Part shown: piece after piece, positions 1-11,727 of the stretch | How the letters are laid out: the number at the start of each line of letters is the position of its first letter | Numbering within the stretch: position 1 is the stretch's first letter | Assembly (NCBI GenBank): GCA_963700635.1 | Contig: CAVOYH010000004.1 | Coordinates: forward strand, 864,001-928,000 | Reading direction: 5' to 3' | DNA: 64,000 nucleotides | Origin: an uncultured Bacteroidota bacterium | GTDB taxonomy: Bacteria; Bacteroidota; Ignavibacteria; UBA10030; UBA6906 | Translations under genes and position numbers: made by a program | The notes under the pieces: model-generated | Told to the model about the DNA's origin: nothing | The model's database searches: none | What the model saw: only the letters and a program-made list of their open reading frames with translations

Positions 1-870
1 CACCTCGGGGAACGGGAATGTTCGATCCAGCGCCGGCATCAAAAAGTGGTGGAAGAATCACCCTCCGTACTGGTCGATGAGTCGTTGCGGTCACGCATGG
101 CGGAAACCGCAATCGCGGCGGCACGCGCCTGTGGATATGTTAATGCCGGCACGATTGAATTTCTCGTTGATCGGAACAAACAGTTTTACTTCCTTGAAAT
201 GAACACACGGCTTCAGGTCGAACATCCGGTTACAGAATTGCGGACAGGGATCGACCTCGTGAAGGCACAGCTGGAGATTGCCTCCGGCACTCCGCTGTGG
301 TTTTCACAGAAAGACATTCAGTTTTCCGGTCATGCCATCGAATGCAGGATCTGTGCGGAGGATCCGGTTAACGGATTTTTGCCGTCGACCGGAACGATTA
401 CCCGTTTGAGGACGCCGGGCGGACCCGGCATTCGCGAAGACCGCGGATTCGAAGTGGGAGGCGAAGTGTCCGTGTACTATGATTCGCTTATTGCAAAACT
501 TGTCACCTGGGCTCCTGATCGTGCAGGGGCGATCGCCCGCATGCAGCGTGCCCTCGGCGAGTACGCCATCGAAGGTGTGGCAACGAATATCCCGGTGTGC
601 GAGTTTGTGATGCAGCACCCCGCCTTCCGCGGTGGAACATTTGATACGGGTTTCCTGCAGGCGTATTATCGCCCGGAGGCCCCGCTGAACGGCGCCGAGG
701 GGTCAGACCGAAACAACGCTCTGGCGATTCTCTGCGCTCACGTCAAGCACACTCACATGTTGTCTCCCGATAGCTCCTTGAGTGGAAACGGAAGCCCTGC
801 GGGGAGACATCCTGTGTTATCGGGCTGGAAAGCCCGGCGCCTGGCGACCCTTCGGGGCGGTGCAAAATGA
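1..870 (+). CDS. accC: Biotin carboxylase subunit of an acyl-CoA carboxylase (5'-partial)
   Basis: Frame open from base 1 (HLGERECSIQRRHQKVVEE); motifs GTIEF, FLEMNTRLQVEHPVTE, YYDSLIAKL. Acetyl- versus propionyl-CoA specificity not resolvable. Confidence 0.9.
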   Translation, partial: HLGERECSIQRRHQKVVEESPSVLVDESLRSRMAETAIAAARACGYVNAGTIEFLVDRNKQFYFLEMNTRLQVEHPVTELRTGIDLVKAQLEIASGTPLWFSQKDIQFSGHAIECRICAEDPVNGFLPSTGTITRLRTPGGPGIREDRGFEVGGEVSVYYDSLIAKLVTWAPDRAGAIARMQRALGEYAIEGVATNIPVCEFVMQHPAFRGGTFDTGFLQAYYRPEAPLNGAEGSDRNNALAILCAHVKHTHMLSPDSSLSGNGSPAGRHPVLSGWKARRLATLRGGAK

Positions 871-1370
871 AATCAACCCTGTACGACGTACGAATCGGTG
901 AACGGGAACACAAAGTCCGCATCGATGGCGAAGGGAATGTGAGCCTCGATGGGCATCCGCAGGTGGTGGACGTGCGCGCGACCGGCCTGACATCGTATTC
1001 CATACTGGTAAACGGAAAATCGTACCAGTTCGGGCTTGAAGCGTGTGACGGCGGCTATACCGCGATCATTGACGGTGTACCGGTTATTGCTACCGTTGAT
1101 ACCGACCGGTCGCGCCTGCTGCGTCAGTTTGCGGCGACGCGGACCCAGGAAGCGCGCGTGACAGCGATTGTGGCGCCCATGCCGGCGCTTGTTGTGCGGA
1201 TCGAGACCCATGTGGGCCAGGAGGTTGCGCAGGGTCAGGGTATCCTGGTGCTGGAGGCGATGAAGATGGAAAACGAAATAAAAGCCCCCCGGGCGGGCAT
1301 CGTGAAACAGATCCATGTGCCGAAGGGAAAGGCAGTGGAAAAAGGAGAGGTTCTGGTCACACTCGAATGA
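867..1370 (+). CDS. Biotin carboxyl carrier protein
   Basis: EAMKMENE biotinylation motif; ATGA overlap with the upstream stop. Confidence 0.92.
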   Translation: MKSTLYDVRIGEREHKVRIDGEGNVSLDGHPQVVDVRATGLTSYSILVNGKSYQFGLEACDGGYTAIIDGVPVIATVDTDRSRLLRQFAATRTQEARVTAIVAPMPALVVRIETHVGQEVAQGQGILVLEAMKMENEIKAPRAGIVKQIHVPKGKAVEKGEVLVTLE

Positions 1371-2638
1371 AGACGTCCCGTACTGTTATGCGTTTCCCTG
1401 CCGGCGTGGCGATGTTGTGCCTCTGCCTGGCCCAGGTATCACCAGGGGGTGGATTTCAGGCCAGTGGGCTCTCCGCACGCGCCACTGGTCTGAGTGGCGT
1501 CCTCGTGGCACTGCCGGGAGAACCCACGTCCATGTACACAAATCCGGCAGCACTCTCTTTCCTGACAGGGACGAACCTTTCCCTGGGAACCACCCTGTCG
1601 TTGCCCAGTTATCACTTTGTCGGGGTCACTCCCTCGTTGTCCTCGACAAAAATGAACTCGCAGGTTCTCTTTCCTCCGAACCTCTGCCTTACGCACACGT
1701 TTGCCAGCGGCATCGGCATCGGGATTGCAGCCACCATTCCGTACTCGGCAAAAACAGACTGGGGGGAGGATTGGGTAGGGAACCGGATCGTGACCAGCTC
1801 GGAACTGCGCAGTTCGCAGCTTCTGCCGGCAATGGCATTTCGTATCGGGAATGCATGGTCCGTAGGAATTGGAATGCAGGTCGTGTTTCTCCGGATCGAC
1901 CTGAACCGTCGATGGGGGCAGATACCCGTGCCGGGTTCAGGGCTTCCGGGAATTTACATGACGGGCAGCGCCGACGTCGCGTATGGATTCGAGGTGGGTG
2001 CCATGTACCAGCCCGATGATGTCTTGACAGTGGGGCTTTCGCTGAAGAGCAGAACACGTTCCACCATCGAAGACGGGACCGTTACCTACTCGGGGGTTCC
2101 GGGCGAATCAAGCATCGTGGTGATGCCGAATGCAACGTTTACATCCTCCATAACGCTCCCTGATCAGGTTCGGGGCGGCGTGAGCGTCCGGCCGATCTCC
2201 GCGCTCCTTCTGGCCGGAGAGGTTAATCTCGTCCGGTGGTCCACATTCAAGAGCCTGATGGTCCGGATCGGGTCGCCCGCGTACGAACAGCGGTTTGAAC
2301 AGGCGGGCTGGAAGGATGTTCTCACCATGCGAGCCGGCCTGGAACTGTCCTTGTCTGACGTGACGTTCCGCGGTGGGATCAGTATCGAAAACAGCCCGGT
2401 GAGCGATGCTGAAGTACGCCCTTCGTTACCTGACGCCGACCGTATGGTGTATGCAATGGGTATCGGGTATGTTATCGGCGAAGGTCTTATGCTGGACCTC
2501 GGGATTCAGATACTGGACTATCGGAAACGGACAGTCACCGATTCCCGTGTGGAGTATGCGCAGGGTTCATACTTCAACGGTACATACGATCTGTCAGGCA
2601 CGGTGGTAGGTTTGAACATCAGCTATTCCTGGAAATGA
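1367..2638 (+). CDS. FadL/OmpP1-family outer membrane transport protein
   Basis: Signal peptide, then GGFQ...SARATG, NPAAL motif, PSLPDADR, and a beta-barrel C-terminus (ISYSWK). Confidence 0.85.
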   Translation: MKTSRTVMRFPAGVAMLCLCLAQVSPGGGFQASGLSARATGLSGVLVALPGEPTSMYTNPAALSFLTGTNLSLGTTLSLPSYHFVGVTPSLSSTKMNSQVLFPPNLCLTHTFASGIGIGIAATIPYSAKTDWGEDWVGNRIVTSSELRSSQLLPAMAFRIGNAWSVGIGMQVVFLRIDLNRRWGQIPVPGSGLPGIYMTGSADVAYGFEVGAMYQPDDVLTVGLSLKSRTRSTIEDGTVTYSGVPGESSIVVMPNATFTSSITLPDQVRGGVSVRPISALLLAGEVNLVRWSTFKSLMVRIGSPAYEQRFEQAGWKDVLTMRAGLELSLSDVTFRGGISIENSPVSDAEVRPSLPDADRMVYAMGIGYVIGEGLMLDLGIQILDYRKRTVTDSRVEYAQGSYFNGTYDLSGTVVGLNISYSWK

Positions 2639-4896
2639 AAGACATGAGTCTCCCCATAAATTTTCCCGGCGAGCCGGAGAGTACACTGCAGACCGCTGTA
2701 CAGCACGGCCTGACCGCAGAAGAGTATGAACGTATACTGGGGATTCTCGGCCGGGTGCCGACGTACACGGAGCTCGGGATCTATAGCGTAATGTGGAGCG
2801 AACATTGCAGCTACAAGAACTCGATCGCCCTGATCAAGACTCTGCCGAGGAGCGGCGGCCGACTGCTGGTCGGGGCAGGGGAGGAGAATGCGGGGCTCGT
2901 GGACATCGGGGACGGGCTTGCTGTGGCTTTCAAGATCGAGAGCCACAATCATCCTTCGGCGGTTGAACCGTACCAGGGCGCGGCAACCGGAGTAGGGGGC
3001 ATCATGCGGGATATCTTTACGATGGGAGCCCGTCCCATCGCCGCATTAAATTCCCTCCGTTTTGGCACGCTTGACAGCGCGCGCACGCGGTATCTGTTTG
3101 ACGGCATCGTGCGGGGGATCGGCGATTACGGAAACAGCTTCGGGGTGCCCACCGTTGCCGGGGAGGTGTATTTTGATCCATGTTATGAAGAGAACCCACT
3201 GGTGAATGCCATGGCAGTCGGTATCGTAAAACACGGCGCCTGGGCGAGCGCTACGGCCCGGGGAACCGGCAACCCGGTGATGATCGTGGGTTCAGCCACA
3301 GGGCGCGACGGTATCCATGGTGCCACGTTCGCTTCCGAAGAGATCTCGGAAGAGTCAGAAAAACGGCGGCCGTCAGTCCAGGTCGGCGATCCGTTTACGG
3401 AAAAACTCCTCCTTGAAGCGACACTCGAGGCAATCCGTTCCGGCTTTGTCGTGGGCATTCAGGACATGGGAGCCGCCGGGATTACCTGTTCAACGTCCGA
3501 GATGAGCGCAAAAGGGAAGTGCGGGATGCGGATTGACCTTGATAAGGTGCCCGCACGCGAGAGCGGTATGTCCGCCTATGAACTTATGCTGTCTGAATCC
3601 CAGGAGCGTATGCTGGTGGTTGTGCAGAAGGGACGGGAAGCTGATATACAGGCGCTCTTCGGGAAATGGGACCTCCATGCCGAAATTATCGGCGAGGTCA
3701 TTGAGGGGGACCGGTTGTGCATATCGTACCGGGGGAACCTGGTTGCAGACGTCCCGCCTGATTCACTTGTGCTTGGGGGCGGTGCTCCCGTATACATACG
3801 CGAATCCAGAGAGCCCGAGTACATTGCTGCAGTGCGGGAACTGGATCTTTCTGTTATCCCCGAACCATCGGATCTGAATAAAGTGCTTGAGACCCTCATC
3901 GGCACTCCGGACATCGCTTCAAAGCGGTGGGTGTATGAGCAATATGACAGCATGGTGCGTACGAACAACGTAGTTCTGACTGGAGCTGATGCCGCTGTAC
4001 TCTATATCAAAGAAGGCACTAAGGGGCTTGCGGTTAAGACAGATTGTAATAGTCGCTACGTTTATCTGAATCCCAGAAGGGGCGGTCAGATCGCAGTGGC
4101 TGAGTCGGCGAGAAACGTTGCCTGCACGGGAGCAACACCGGTCGCCGTGACGAATTGCCTGAATTTTGGGAATCCTTACAAGCCCGGCGTTTACTGGCAA
4201 TTCAAGGAGGCTGTGGCGGGTATTGGAGAAGCATGCAGGGTATTTGAGACGCCGGTGACAGGCGGAAATGTGAGCTTCTACAACGAGAGTCCTGATGCGA
4301 GCGTGTATCCGACGCCCGTTATTGGGATGTTGGGCGTTATGGATGATGTGGGGAAAGCATGTGGTGCGTATTTTCTGCAGAGTGGCCATGCAGTTCTTTT
4401 GCTGGGAGCAACTCACGGGCATCTGGGCGGATCGGAATATCTCGCCCGTATCCACAACCGAGTCCAGGGGGATGCTCCGCCCATTGAACTTGACAGAGAA
4501 AAGGAGTTGCATGCCGGGCTTACGGCCATGATTTCAGCCGGACTGCTCTCGTCAGCTCATGATTGTTCCGAGGGAGGGCTCGCGGTGGCGCTGGCGGAGT
4601 CGTGTATGGCCGGCAGGCCACTTCTTGTTGGAGCAAGGGTCATGCTGGATCACCCGGGGCTGCGGGACGACCAGCTGCTCTTCGGGGAGGACCAATCCAG
4701 GGTGATAATAAGCTGCAAGCCGGAAAACGTGGACCAGGTCAACCGGGTTGCCCGGGAGCATGATATTCCGGTGAAGATGCTTGGTGAAACCGGTGGAGAG
4801 AGGCTTACCATTGGGGGGATGATAGATATCCCGGTGGGTGATCTAGCACAGATCTACTATGGATCAATCGCGAAGAAGATGGCTCTGATAACTTAA
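2635..4896 (+). CDS. purL: Phosphoribosylformylglycinamidine synthase subunit PurL
   Basis: [48 protein letters not shown] motifs. Confidence 0.97.
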   Translation: MKDMSLPINFPGEPESTLQTAVQHGLTAEEYERILGILGRVPTYTELGIYSVMWSEHCSYKNSIALIKTLPRSGGRLLVGAGEENAGLVDIGDGLAVAFKIESHNHPSAVEPYQGAATGVGGIMRDIFTMGARPIAALNSLRFGTLDSARTRYLFDGIVRGIGDYGNSFGVPTVAGEVYFDPCYEENPLVNAMAVGIVKHGAWASATARGTGNPVMIVGSATGRDGIHGATFASEEISEESEKRRPSVQVGDPFTEKLLLEATLEAIRSGFVVGIQDMGAAGITCSTSEMSAKGKCGMRIDLDKVPARESGMSAYELMLSESQERMLVVVQKGREADIQALFGKWDLHAEIIGEVIEGDRLCISYRGNLVADVPPDSLVLGGGAPVYIRESREPEYIAAVRELDLSVIPEPSDLNKVLETLIGTPDIASKRWVYEQYDSMVRTNNVVLTGADAAVLYIKEGTKGLAVKTDCNSRYVYLNPRRGGQIAVAESARNVACTGATPVAVTNCLNFGNPYKPGVYWQFKEAVAGIGEACRVFETPVTGGNVSFYNESPDASVYPTPVIGMLGVMDDVGKACGAYFLQSGHAVLLLGATHGHLGGSEYLARIHNRVQGDAPPIELDREKELHAGLTAMISAGLLSSAHDCSEGGLAVALAESCMAGRPLLVGARVMLDHPGLRDDQLLFGEDQSRVIISCKPENVDQVNRVAREHDIPVKMLGETGGERLTIGGMIDIPVGDLAQIYYGSIAKKMALIT

Positions 4897-4951
4897 CATA
4901 ATATACATTATTTGAAGTAGGCCTATTTCGCCCCGGAACCTCACTTCAGGC

Positions 4952-5860
4952 CTATCCACCAATCACACGCAGCGACGCTGGCACAACCTCCACTCTTACC
5001 CCCTGAACTTCACGCCCCACATTCTCCCCATCGGCATGTACATTAAACTTCTCAGAGGAATGAAGCTCTAACTCACGTGTCTTATAATAGTTAACGTGTT
5101 CGTCCTTAACCGCCTTCCCGCCAAGCACCGTCGGTATGAGCCTCAGGATCTTCGGTATCGAGACCTGATCGATGACACACACATCGAGGAGCCCATCGTC
5201 GACCTTCGCCTCAGGAGTCAGGTAAAAACCTCCGCCAGCGCACCGGCCGTTACCTGCGGCCACAAGCAACTGACGGGCCTGCCACGTCTTGCCATCAATA
5301 CGACCCCGGAATTCCGGTGGCTTGTAGCTTCCAAGTGTCTGCAGGACGGCCGCCAGGTACAGAAGTGTCCCGCGTAATCGCTTGATTTCACTGACCCTGC
5401 GGGCCACGGAAGCGTCAAATCCTACGCCGACCCCGTTGACAAAATAACGAGCCGGAGCATACTGCAAACGCCCGTCTACCTCCAGCGCTGTTTGCACCCG
5501 ACCTGCATCAATAAGGCGTGTCCGCCCCTTGATGATCAGTTCCAGTGCCTGTTCAAGAGAGCGCGAAATCCCGATGGACTTGATAAAGTCGTTGCCGGAA
5601 CCAGTCGGAATGATGCCCAGCGCCTTCTCCGAGCCGATCAGACCGTTTGCCACTTCATTGATCGTTCCATCGCCGCCAACTGCCACAACCACCGGACTAT
5701 CACTGACCCGGGCAATATCCGTTGCATGCCCGGCTCTTTCGGTGCGGACAATCGTGTACGTTTTCTGGATTCCTGACAAGAGTCTCGTCAGCGCGGCTTC
5801 GGCTTTTCTCCCGGTACCTTTGCCCGCCTCGGGATTCAGGACAAACGTGAGGTCAACCAC
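4952..5860 (-). CDS. Diacylglycerol kinase (YegS/DAGK) family lipid kinase
   Basis: NPEAG, GGDGTINEV, PTGSGNDF, DDGLLDV, DGE motifs. Confidence 0.92.
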   Translation of the reverse strand: MVDLTFVLNPEAGKGTGRKAEAALTRLLSGIQKTYTIVRTERAGHATDIARVSDSPVVVAVGGDGTINEVANGLIGSEKALGIIPTGSGNDFIKSIGISRSLEQALELIIKGRTRLIDAGRVQTALEVDGRLQYAPARYFVNGVGVGFDASVARRVSEIKRLRGTLLYLAAVLQTLGSYKPPEFRGRIDGKTWQARQLLVAAGNGRCAGGGFYLTPEAKVDDGLLDVCVIDQVSIPKILRLIPTVLGGKAVKDEHVNYYKTRELELHSSEKFNVHADGENVGREVQGVRVEVVPASLRVIGG

Positions 5861-6719
5861 CTTCGTTGTTCCTCTGTGTTGTTAGTGGTAGAAGTGTTTG
5901 TCCAGAAGGATCGTATATGGCCTTGCCGGAAAAGACTATAGTGGCAGGTCCTTCGAGCGTCACATCGGTAATTGAGAGCTCCTTGATCTTAAAATCAACT
6001 GTCAACCAGTGGCTGCTCCTGGTTCGCACCCGTACAGGTGGATGCAGCCCGAATTCGAGGTGTGCCAGAATTGCCGAGGCAATCGACCCCGTGCCGCATG
6101 CAAGTGTTTCTGCTTCGACTCCCCTTTCATACGTCCGAATGGAAATGGAGTTCTCGTTCACGCGTTGCACAAAATTTACGTTTGTCCCCGCAGGAGCAAA
6201 TTGCCCGTGCTCCCGGAGAGCCCTTCCGATGTTTTCGACATGGATGTCCGAAAGATCCTCTACAAACCGGACAATGTGTGGTGAGCCGGTGTTGATGGTG
6301 TGAACCGTAAGGGTTGCATCTTTTAACCGCACCTGAACGTTCCGGCAGAGGTCTACGGGATTCTTCATCCTGAGGTGAACCCCGTCCTTCAGGATGGTCG
6401 CCTCGTACACGTAATCAAGGGCCTCAAAGCGCAGCCGGTTCTTCGTGATGCCCAGGAAATGTGCATACACTGAAGCGCATCTCCCTCCATTCCCGCACAT
6501 GCCGCCAGGACTTCCATCGGCATTGTAGTACATCATGCGAAAATCTGCCTCACGACTCGGTTCCAGGATCAGGAGTCCGTCGCCGCCGACACCGAAGTGG
6601 CGGTCACACAGGGCGCGCGCGAGGGCGCTCTGGTCCATGGGTCCGAGCACACCATGGAGGTTGTTGACTCCCACAAAGTCATTGCCCGCACCGGTGAGTT
6701 TGACAAACAGAAGTTCCAT
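5853..6719 (-). CDS. dapF: Diaminopimelate epimerase
   Basis: GAGNDF, MCGNGGRC, NTGSPH, ERGVEAETLACGTG. Confidence 0.96.
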   Translation of the reverse strand: MELLFVKLTGAGNDFVGVNNLHGVLGPMDQSALARALCDRHFGVGGDGLLILEPSREADFRMMYYNADGSPGGMCGNGGRCASVYAHFLGITKNRLRFEALDYVYEATILKDGVHLRMKNPVDLCRNVQVRLKDATLTVHTINTGSPHIVRFVEDLSDIHVENIGRALREHGQFAPAGTNVNFVQRVNENSISIRTYERGVEAETLACGTGSIASAILAHLEFGLHPPVRVRTRSSHWLTVDFKIKELSITDVTLEGPATIVFSGKAIYDPSGQTLLPLTTQRNNEGG

Positions 6720-6761
6720 ACGGAGGCACGGCGAGTGGTTTTTGGATGAGCTCGATACAAC

Positions 6762-6791
6762 AACGCTCTCACGACAGATCGCGAGAGCGTT
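6762..6791 (-). terminator. Hairpin directly 3' of tmRNA (putative terminator)
   Basis: Inverted repeat aacgctctcacga / tcgcgagagcgtt, followed on the minus strand by TGTTGT (weak U tract). Confidence 0.55.
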
Positions 6792-6794
6792 TTG

Positions 6795-7168
6795 TGGAGA
6801 TGGCGGGAGTCGAACCCGCGTCCGAGGAGAAGACCATCCCGAGCACTACATGCGTATTCTGTCTTTTTTACTTCATTCCGCCATCTCCGACAGACAGGCG
6901 ATTGGCAGAACCACCCCGGGTAACGCGCTTGCGGCGCGATTCACGTGTCGCCCCCAGGGGCATCGCCACGCTATCCTGTCTGAAGTCGGCGCCGCTTCGG
7001 ATACCGGCAGGCAAATCTCCGGGCGACGGGTCACCTAAGGGTTACTTAAGCGGCCAGTGCGTAGTTGTAGTCAGCACTTAGGTTTTTCCGCGTTGTTTAA
7101 CGTGCACCACGGAGAGCACGGCACGCGATCTGGACCATCCTCATCCACGTCGAAGCCAGTTCATCCCC
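6795..7168 (-). ncRNA. ssrA: tmRNA with tag peptide (A)ADYNYALAA*
   Basis: 5' GGGGATG pairs with 3' CATCTCC-A and has the G3-U alanine determinant; T-arm GCGGGTTCGACTCCCGC; tag ORF 7075..7046 preceded by TAAGT. CCA is not encoded (ACAA). Confidence 0.95.
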
Positions 7169-7176
7169 TCAGAGAT

Positions 7177-7205
7177 ATTTTACGTAATACACCGTCCAAT
7201 GTCAA
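7177..7205 (-). promoter_or_regulatory. sigma70-type promoter of ssrA
   Basis: TTGACA-17 nt-TAAAAT ending 9 nt upstream of the tmRNA 5' end. Confidence 0.8.
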
Positions 7206-8040
7206 GCACCTTTGCCTATGTGCATACGCGTGAGGGAGTCTTTCAGGTACGTGAACGCATCATCCACGTCATCACAGAACCTGAAAAGACTGAGATCTTT
7301 CTTGCTGATCACCCCGCGTGAAATCATGTAGTCGAAGTCAAGGGCCTTATTCCAGTATTCTGTCCCGTAAATCACGACCGCGATCTTCTTTGTTGTTTTC
7401 TGGGTCTGGAGGAGCGTTAACATCTCCATCAATTCATCAAGGGTGCCAAATCCGCCGGGCATAATGACAAGGGCCTTGGCAAGATAGGCGAACCAGAACT
7501 TTCGCATAAAAAAGTAGTGAAACTCCATGCTCAGGTCCGGACTGATATACCCGTTTGCAAACTGTTCGAACGGCAGACTGATATTCAGGCCAATTGATTT
7601 CCCGCGCGCCAGCGATGCTCCCCGGTTTGCTGCTTCCATGATGCCGGGGCCTCCGCCAGAACATATCACAAATCGTCTCTGCTTTTCGAGGGATTTGGAC
7701 CAGAGCGTGAGCCGTTTCGCCAGCTTTACGGTATCCTCGTAATACCGCGACATATCCACTGCAACGGCCGCCTTTTGCATCGCCTGCGTCAGCCCCTTTT
7801 CCGTCCGTTTTAGTGGATTTCGCCTTCTTGCGAAGATCCTGATACTGCCGGAGGGCCTCACGTTTTGGGAGAACTCTGGCAGACCCAAAAAACACGATCG
7901 TATCTTTAATCTTTTCCTGTCGGAACCGCCTCTGAGGGCTGAGAAATTCCGCAAGGATCCGCACCAGACGTGCATCGGGGCTGTTCAGAAACTCCGAGGT
8001 CCTTGTAGGCCTTCGGAGGTTTTTTCTGCATCGGTTTCAT
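7202..8040 (-). CDS. LOG-family (TIGR00730) Rossmann-fold protein with two +1 frameshifts (~7995, ~7800)
   Basis: Joined frames read KAYKDL-EFLNSPDARLVRILAEFL...VFFGSAR...SGGGPGIMEAANRG...FHYFFMRK...PGGFGTLDE; span 839 nt = 3n+2. Confidence 0.85.
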
Positions 8041-8057
8041 ATCTGTGTGTGTCCTTT

Positions 8058-8913
8058 CTATCCCAGGTAAACGTACACTCTCCCTGGTACACCTTCAACA
8101 CGTCCATCACTGCTGATGATCCCGCGTCTCACAAGATTTCCCAGAGCCTGGTACACATGCTGCCGGTTCCAACGGAAGATGTGCCTGATGTCTGCCACCG
8201 AGCACGTGAGTTGATTACGAAAATGTTGCTCCAGGATCGCCTTGCGCGCCTGTTCGGCCGAAACGTGCCGCGCTTTCCTGACCTGAGGGCCAAAAAGGAC
8301 GCGGACAGGTGACCATGTGAATGAGAATGGTTGTCTGTCTTCATCACCTCTTGCGAGATACATCTTACTCTGGAGCTCTGCCATGGCCTGTGTGAACGTG
8401 GCCTTCCCCACCACCCCTTTCCGCTGAAGCAGTTGCCGGATCTGCCGGGTTGAAAGCCGCGAACGCCTGTTGAAGATTTCCATGATGCGGCGTCCCAGGA
8501 CCGAGAGATCGCCACGCATTGCTGCAGTGAATATATTCATCCCGGTCACCTGTACGGCCGCTCAGGGCGTAGAAATACGGGAGAATATCCAGCGAAAGCA
8601 TTGTGGGTCTGTTCATCAACAGTTTGCCATAGTACACCAGCCGCTCGGATGGAAGGACGTGTTTCATTTCCCACAGAAACGCAGAGGCTGATTTTGCAGA
8701 GTCCGCCCGCCCTGGAACCGTTTTCGGATTTCCATGCACCGCATGCCACAACGAGGGCACTTCATCGCCGTCTGCCCGGAACACGAGGCAGAAGCCCACC
8801 GTGTTTATAAAATTTAGTGCCCGGCGCTTCGTTGACACCGTATGATGCGGTGAACGTTTATGGGCGCGCTCCCTCCAGCGCTCCACGTCGTGCGCGTTGT
8901 ACTCGAGAGCCAT
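8058..8913 (-). CDS. Winged-helix / AlkZ-related DNA-binding protein with one +1 frameshift (~8533)
   Basis: N-terminal frame (ALNFINTVGFC...PSLW...LWEMKHVLP...YYGKLL) joins the C-terminal frame (AMAELQSKMYL...WSPV); the start ATG overlaps the ygfZ stop (TGATG). Family call is inferred from motif recall. Confidence 0.6.
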
Positions 8914-9899
8914 CAGGAGCGTCCCCGGGGGGGCGGATCCGACCAGAGAAACCGCCGGGCCGGGATTTCCGTACCCCCGGCTTCGCACCGCACGCCAAGT
9001 GGCTTCCCTGTCCGGATAGGCTCGCTCCGGCACACCGCAAGGGCCATCGTAGTCCCATCAGGGAGCGGCTGTGATAACGATGTGATGCCTCCCACGATTC
9101 TGTCCTGTGATATTACGTGGAGCGGGTCCTCTCTCCGGGAAGGCTGTCCCTGAAGGTGAAGAACAATCAGTTCTCGCTGAACTTTCTCATATGCATCCAA
9201 TCGGGAAACAACCTCCTGACCGACATAACAACCCTTGGTGAAGCTGATCACGTCGCGCAGACCCACCTCGAGGGGATTTACGGACGTGCTGAGCTCCCGG
9301 GGAAAACACGGCGTGCCGGTCATGATCCGCAGAAGTTCGAAACCATCACCCTGCAGCTCCTTCGTTCCTGTGTTCCGTGCGGCCTCCACGATGCTCCCGG
9401 CCACAGTGCGCTGTGCGAGCAAGAGGATTCCCGGTATCCTCCCGAGAGGCCTCCTCCAGAAGAGTCCGTTATGGTCCTCCGTTACATTTGATGCAGAGAG
9501 ACCTCCATACGAATCGATGCTGTATTCGTATTGAGGTCCAATGAACCAAGTTAGCACTAAATCCGCGGTTACCGGCGTGAGCTCAACATCTTCCAGTATG
9601 GTAAACCGTTCAATCCATGTGCGGATGTTTTCCATTGCCGCCGCATGGACGACCAGAAGGGTGCGTTGCTGAGTGATGACGACTTCTCCCAGATCCACCA
9701 CCCTCCCCTTCTCGGTGGTAAACACAGTCTGCACGGCTCGAGGAACTGTCCCCGAAAAGAGATCGTTCGTGGATAACCGGTGAAGCAAATCCAGCCCGTC
9801 TACCCCGTTCACTTCAAAACAACCAAATCCGTGCTCCTGCGTCCACGCTCCGCGCGAGAGCATCTCGTGTGCACGGCCCTGAGGATCGGGTATCATCAT
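8913..9899 (-). CDS. ygfZ: YgfZ/GcvT-family folate-binding protein
   Basis: KGCYVGQE signature; GcvT-like N-terminus (LHRLSTND, TEKGRVVD). Confidence 0.85.
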   Translation of the reverse strand: MMIPDPQGRAHEMLSRGAWTQEHGFGCFEVNGVDGLDLLHRLSTNDLFSGTVPRAVQTVFTTEKGRVVDLGEVVITQQRTLLVVHAAAMENIRTWIERFTILEDVELTPVTADLVLTWFIGPQYEYSIDSYGGLSASNVTEDHNGLFWRRPLGRIPGILLLAQRTVAGSIVEAARNTGTKELQGDGFELLRIMTGTPCFPRELSTSVNPLEVGLRDVISFTKGCYVGQEVVSRLDAYEKVQRELIVLHLQGQPSRREDPLHVISQDRIVGGITSLSQPLPDGTTMALAVCRSEPIRTGKPLGVRCEAGGTEIPARRFLWSDPPPRGRS

Positions 9900-11717
9900 C
9901 GGGCTCCGGCCTCCACGAATGTCACATTCCCATCAAAATCCGTGCACACCACCTCATGCCCGCTTAGTGGAGAAACGGTGTTCAGAGGCGAGGCGCTCAC
10001 ACGATGTTTCCAGAGCAGAGTCCCCGATAGCCGCATCCACAGCCATCAGTACGCCCCGCATGGTTCCATAAAACAGAACGCCGTCTCGCTCCTGGGGCAT
10101 GGCTGCGTTTATGTCGTAGCCAAAGCCGGCATGGATTGACCAGATATCATCAGGTCCGGGGGAAGCGGGATCAATCGCGACAAGTGAATCGCGCATTGTG
10201 CGCACGTAGATGCGTGATCCATCTGAGGCGGCTCCGATGCTCTCGCGTACCTGGTGTTTCCCTGTTCTCCACAAGACCTGTCCAGTCGCGGCATCCAGTG
10301 CGGTCATCATTCGATCAGGTGCGACTACAAACACACGGTTCTGTGTGAGCACGGGCCAGCATGCAGCCGGAGAGAGCAGCCGCCCCTGTTGTTCTCCGCG
10401 CCAGCTCCACCGGAGTGCTCCATCCCGTCGGCCGAAGGCGTACAGGGTTTCGTCCCAGGCCCCCACGACCACAATGTCTCCACCCACGGCAGGACGCGCC
10501 TCCACAAAGGCGTTGATACCCGGGGTTGTCCACACGATCCGACCCGTTCTCAGATCCAGGGCTCGGAAGCGTCCGTCGCCTGAACCCGTATAGACTACGC
10601 CATCGACAATGGCGGGGGCAGCGACGAGCGGTGCGCCGGTCATTACCTTCCACACGTGCTCGCCCGAACGCAGATCAAAACAATACAGCGCGCTATCTGT
10701 GGATGAAATGACCACACGGTTTGATTCCGCAGCCGGTGACGCCGTAAATCGTCCGGGCACTCGCGTGTTCCAGAGTGATACCCCGTCGGATAAACGTAAT
10801 GCATGCAGGGTGCCCGCATAAGTCCCCGCAATAAACCGATCCTCCCGTACTGCTCCGCCGGCGAGGATCGTTGAACCAGTGGCGACCTTCCACCGGATGC
10901 GGACATCGGGAAAGTCCCTGTTCATCGCGAAGTCAGGTCGGGATGCCTGGTCTGCCTCCAAACGCCGTGGTGGCTCGAGTGAGTGTACGTACCAGGGCTC
11001 TGCGGTTCGGACGCCTGTGGTTCGCTCCGCGATCGTGATACTGTCGCCCGAAATGGTGACAATATTGTATCCGCCCTGTGCCATCGTGCCCCGCAGCAGA
11101 CTCCGTCCCATTACCCCGTGTATTCCCTGGTATGTATCGGTCCGGTTTTTGTGTCCGTGTCCGGTAAAGACCAATCGCGTATCGGTCGTCTGGAGACGCC
11201 GGGTTGCTTCATACCAGTTGCAGATTCCGGAGTCCAGCGGGTAGTGTGTGGCAACGAGCACGGGAAGATTGCCTGTCCGTGCCGGGACAAGTGCAGAATC
11301 TATCCATCGCAGGTCTTCGGGTGCAAAATGCCCGTCCGCCATACGCATCCTGGGACCCTGATGGAACCCCAGGAGCAGATACTCGTCAACCCGCTGCGAA
11401 AATCGTTCGCGGCCGAAGATTGATGGGAAAGCGGTTCCTCCAGATTCGGACCACTTGGTGTCATGATTCCCCGGGATGATGTAGTACGGCACGGCCAGCT
11501 TATCAAGCGCCGCTCGTGCGGAGAGCAGTTCTTCTGTACTCCCGGTCTCGGTGATGTCCCCGGTGAGAAGGGCGAACCGTACACCTTCAAGGGTCGTAAT
11601 GTCTGCCACTGCTTCACGCAGGTCATCCAGCCCTGTCGGACTCCCGACATGAAGGTCGGTAAGCCACACAAAGTGGATCTGGGCGAAAAGCAGAAGGGGT
11701 GTGAGGAGGAACGGCAT
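9896..11717 (-). CDS. Calcineurin-like metallophosphoesterase with PQQ-type beta-propeller repeats (+1 frameshift near 10025)
   Basis: DLH, GD, GNHD, GHGH motifs and repeated (A/S)LD..TG..VW units; the C-terminus continues in another frame (GTLLWKHRV...TDFDGNVTFVEAGAR*), whose stop overlaps the ygfZ start (ATGA). Confidence 0.85.
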
Positions 11718-11727
11718 ATCTGGTGAC

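Noticed and set aside
6720-6830. tRNA gene or integration site at the tRNA-like sequence
   Set aside because: It is the 3' end of tmRNA; dapF follows within 75 nt, with no integrase and no duplicated 3' end seen in the window.
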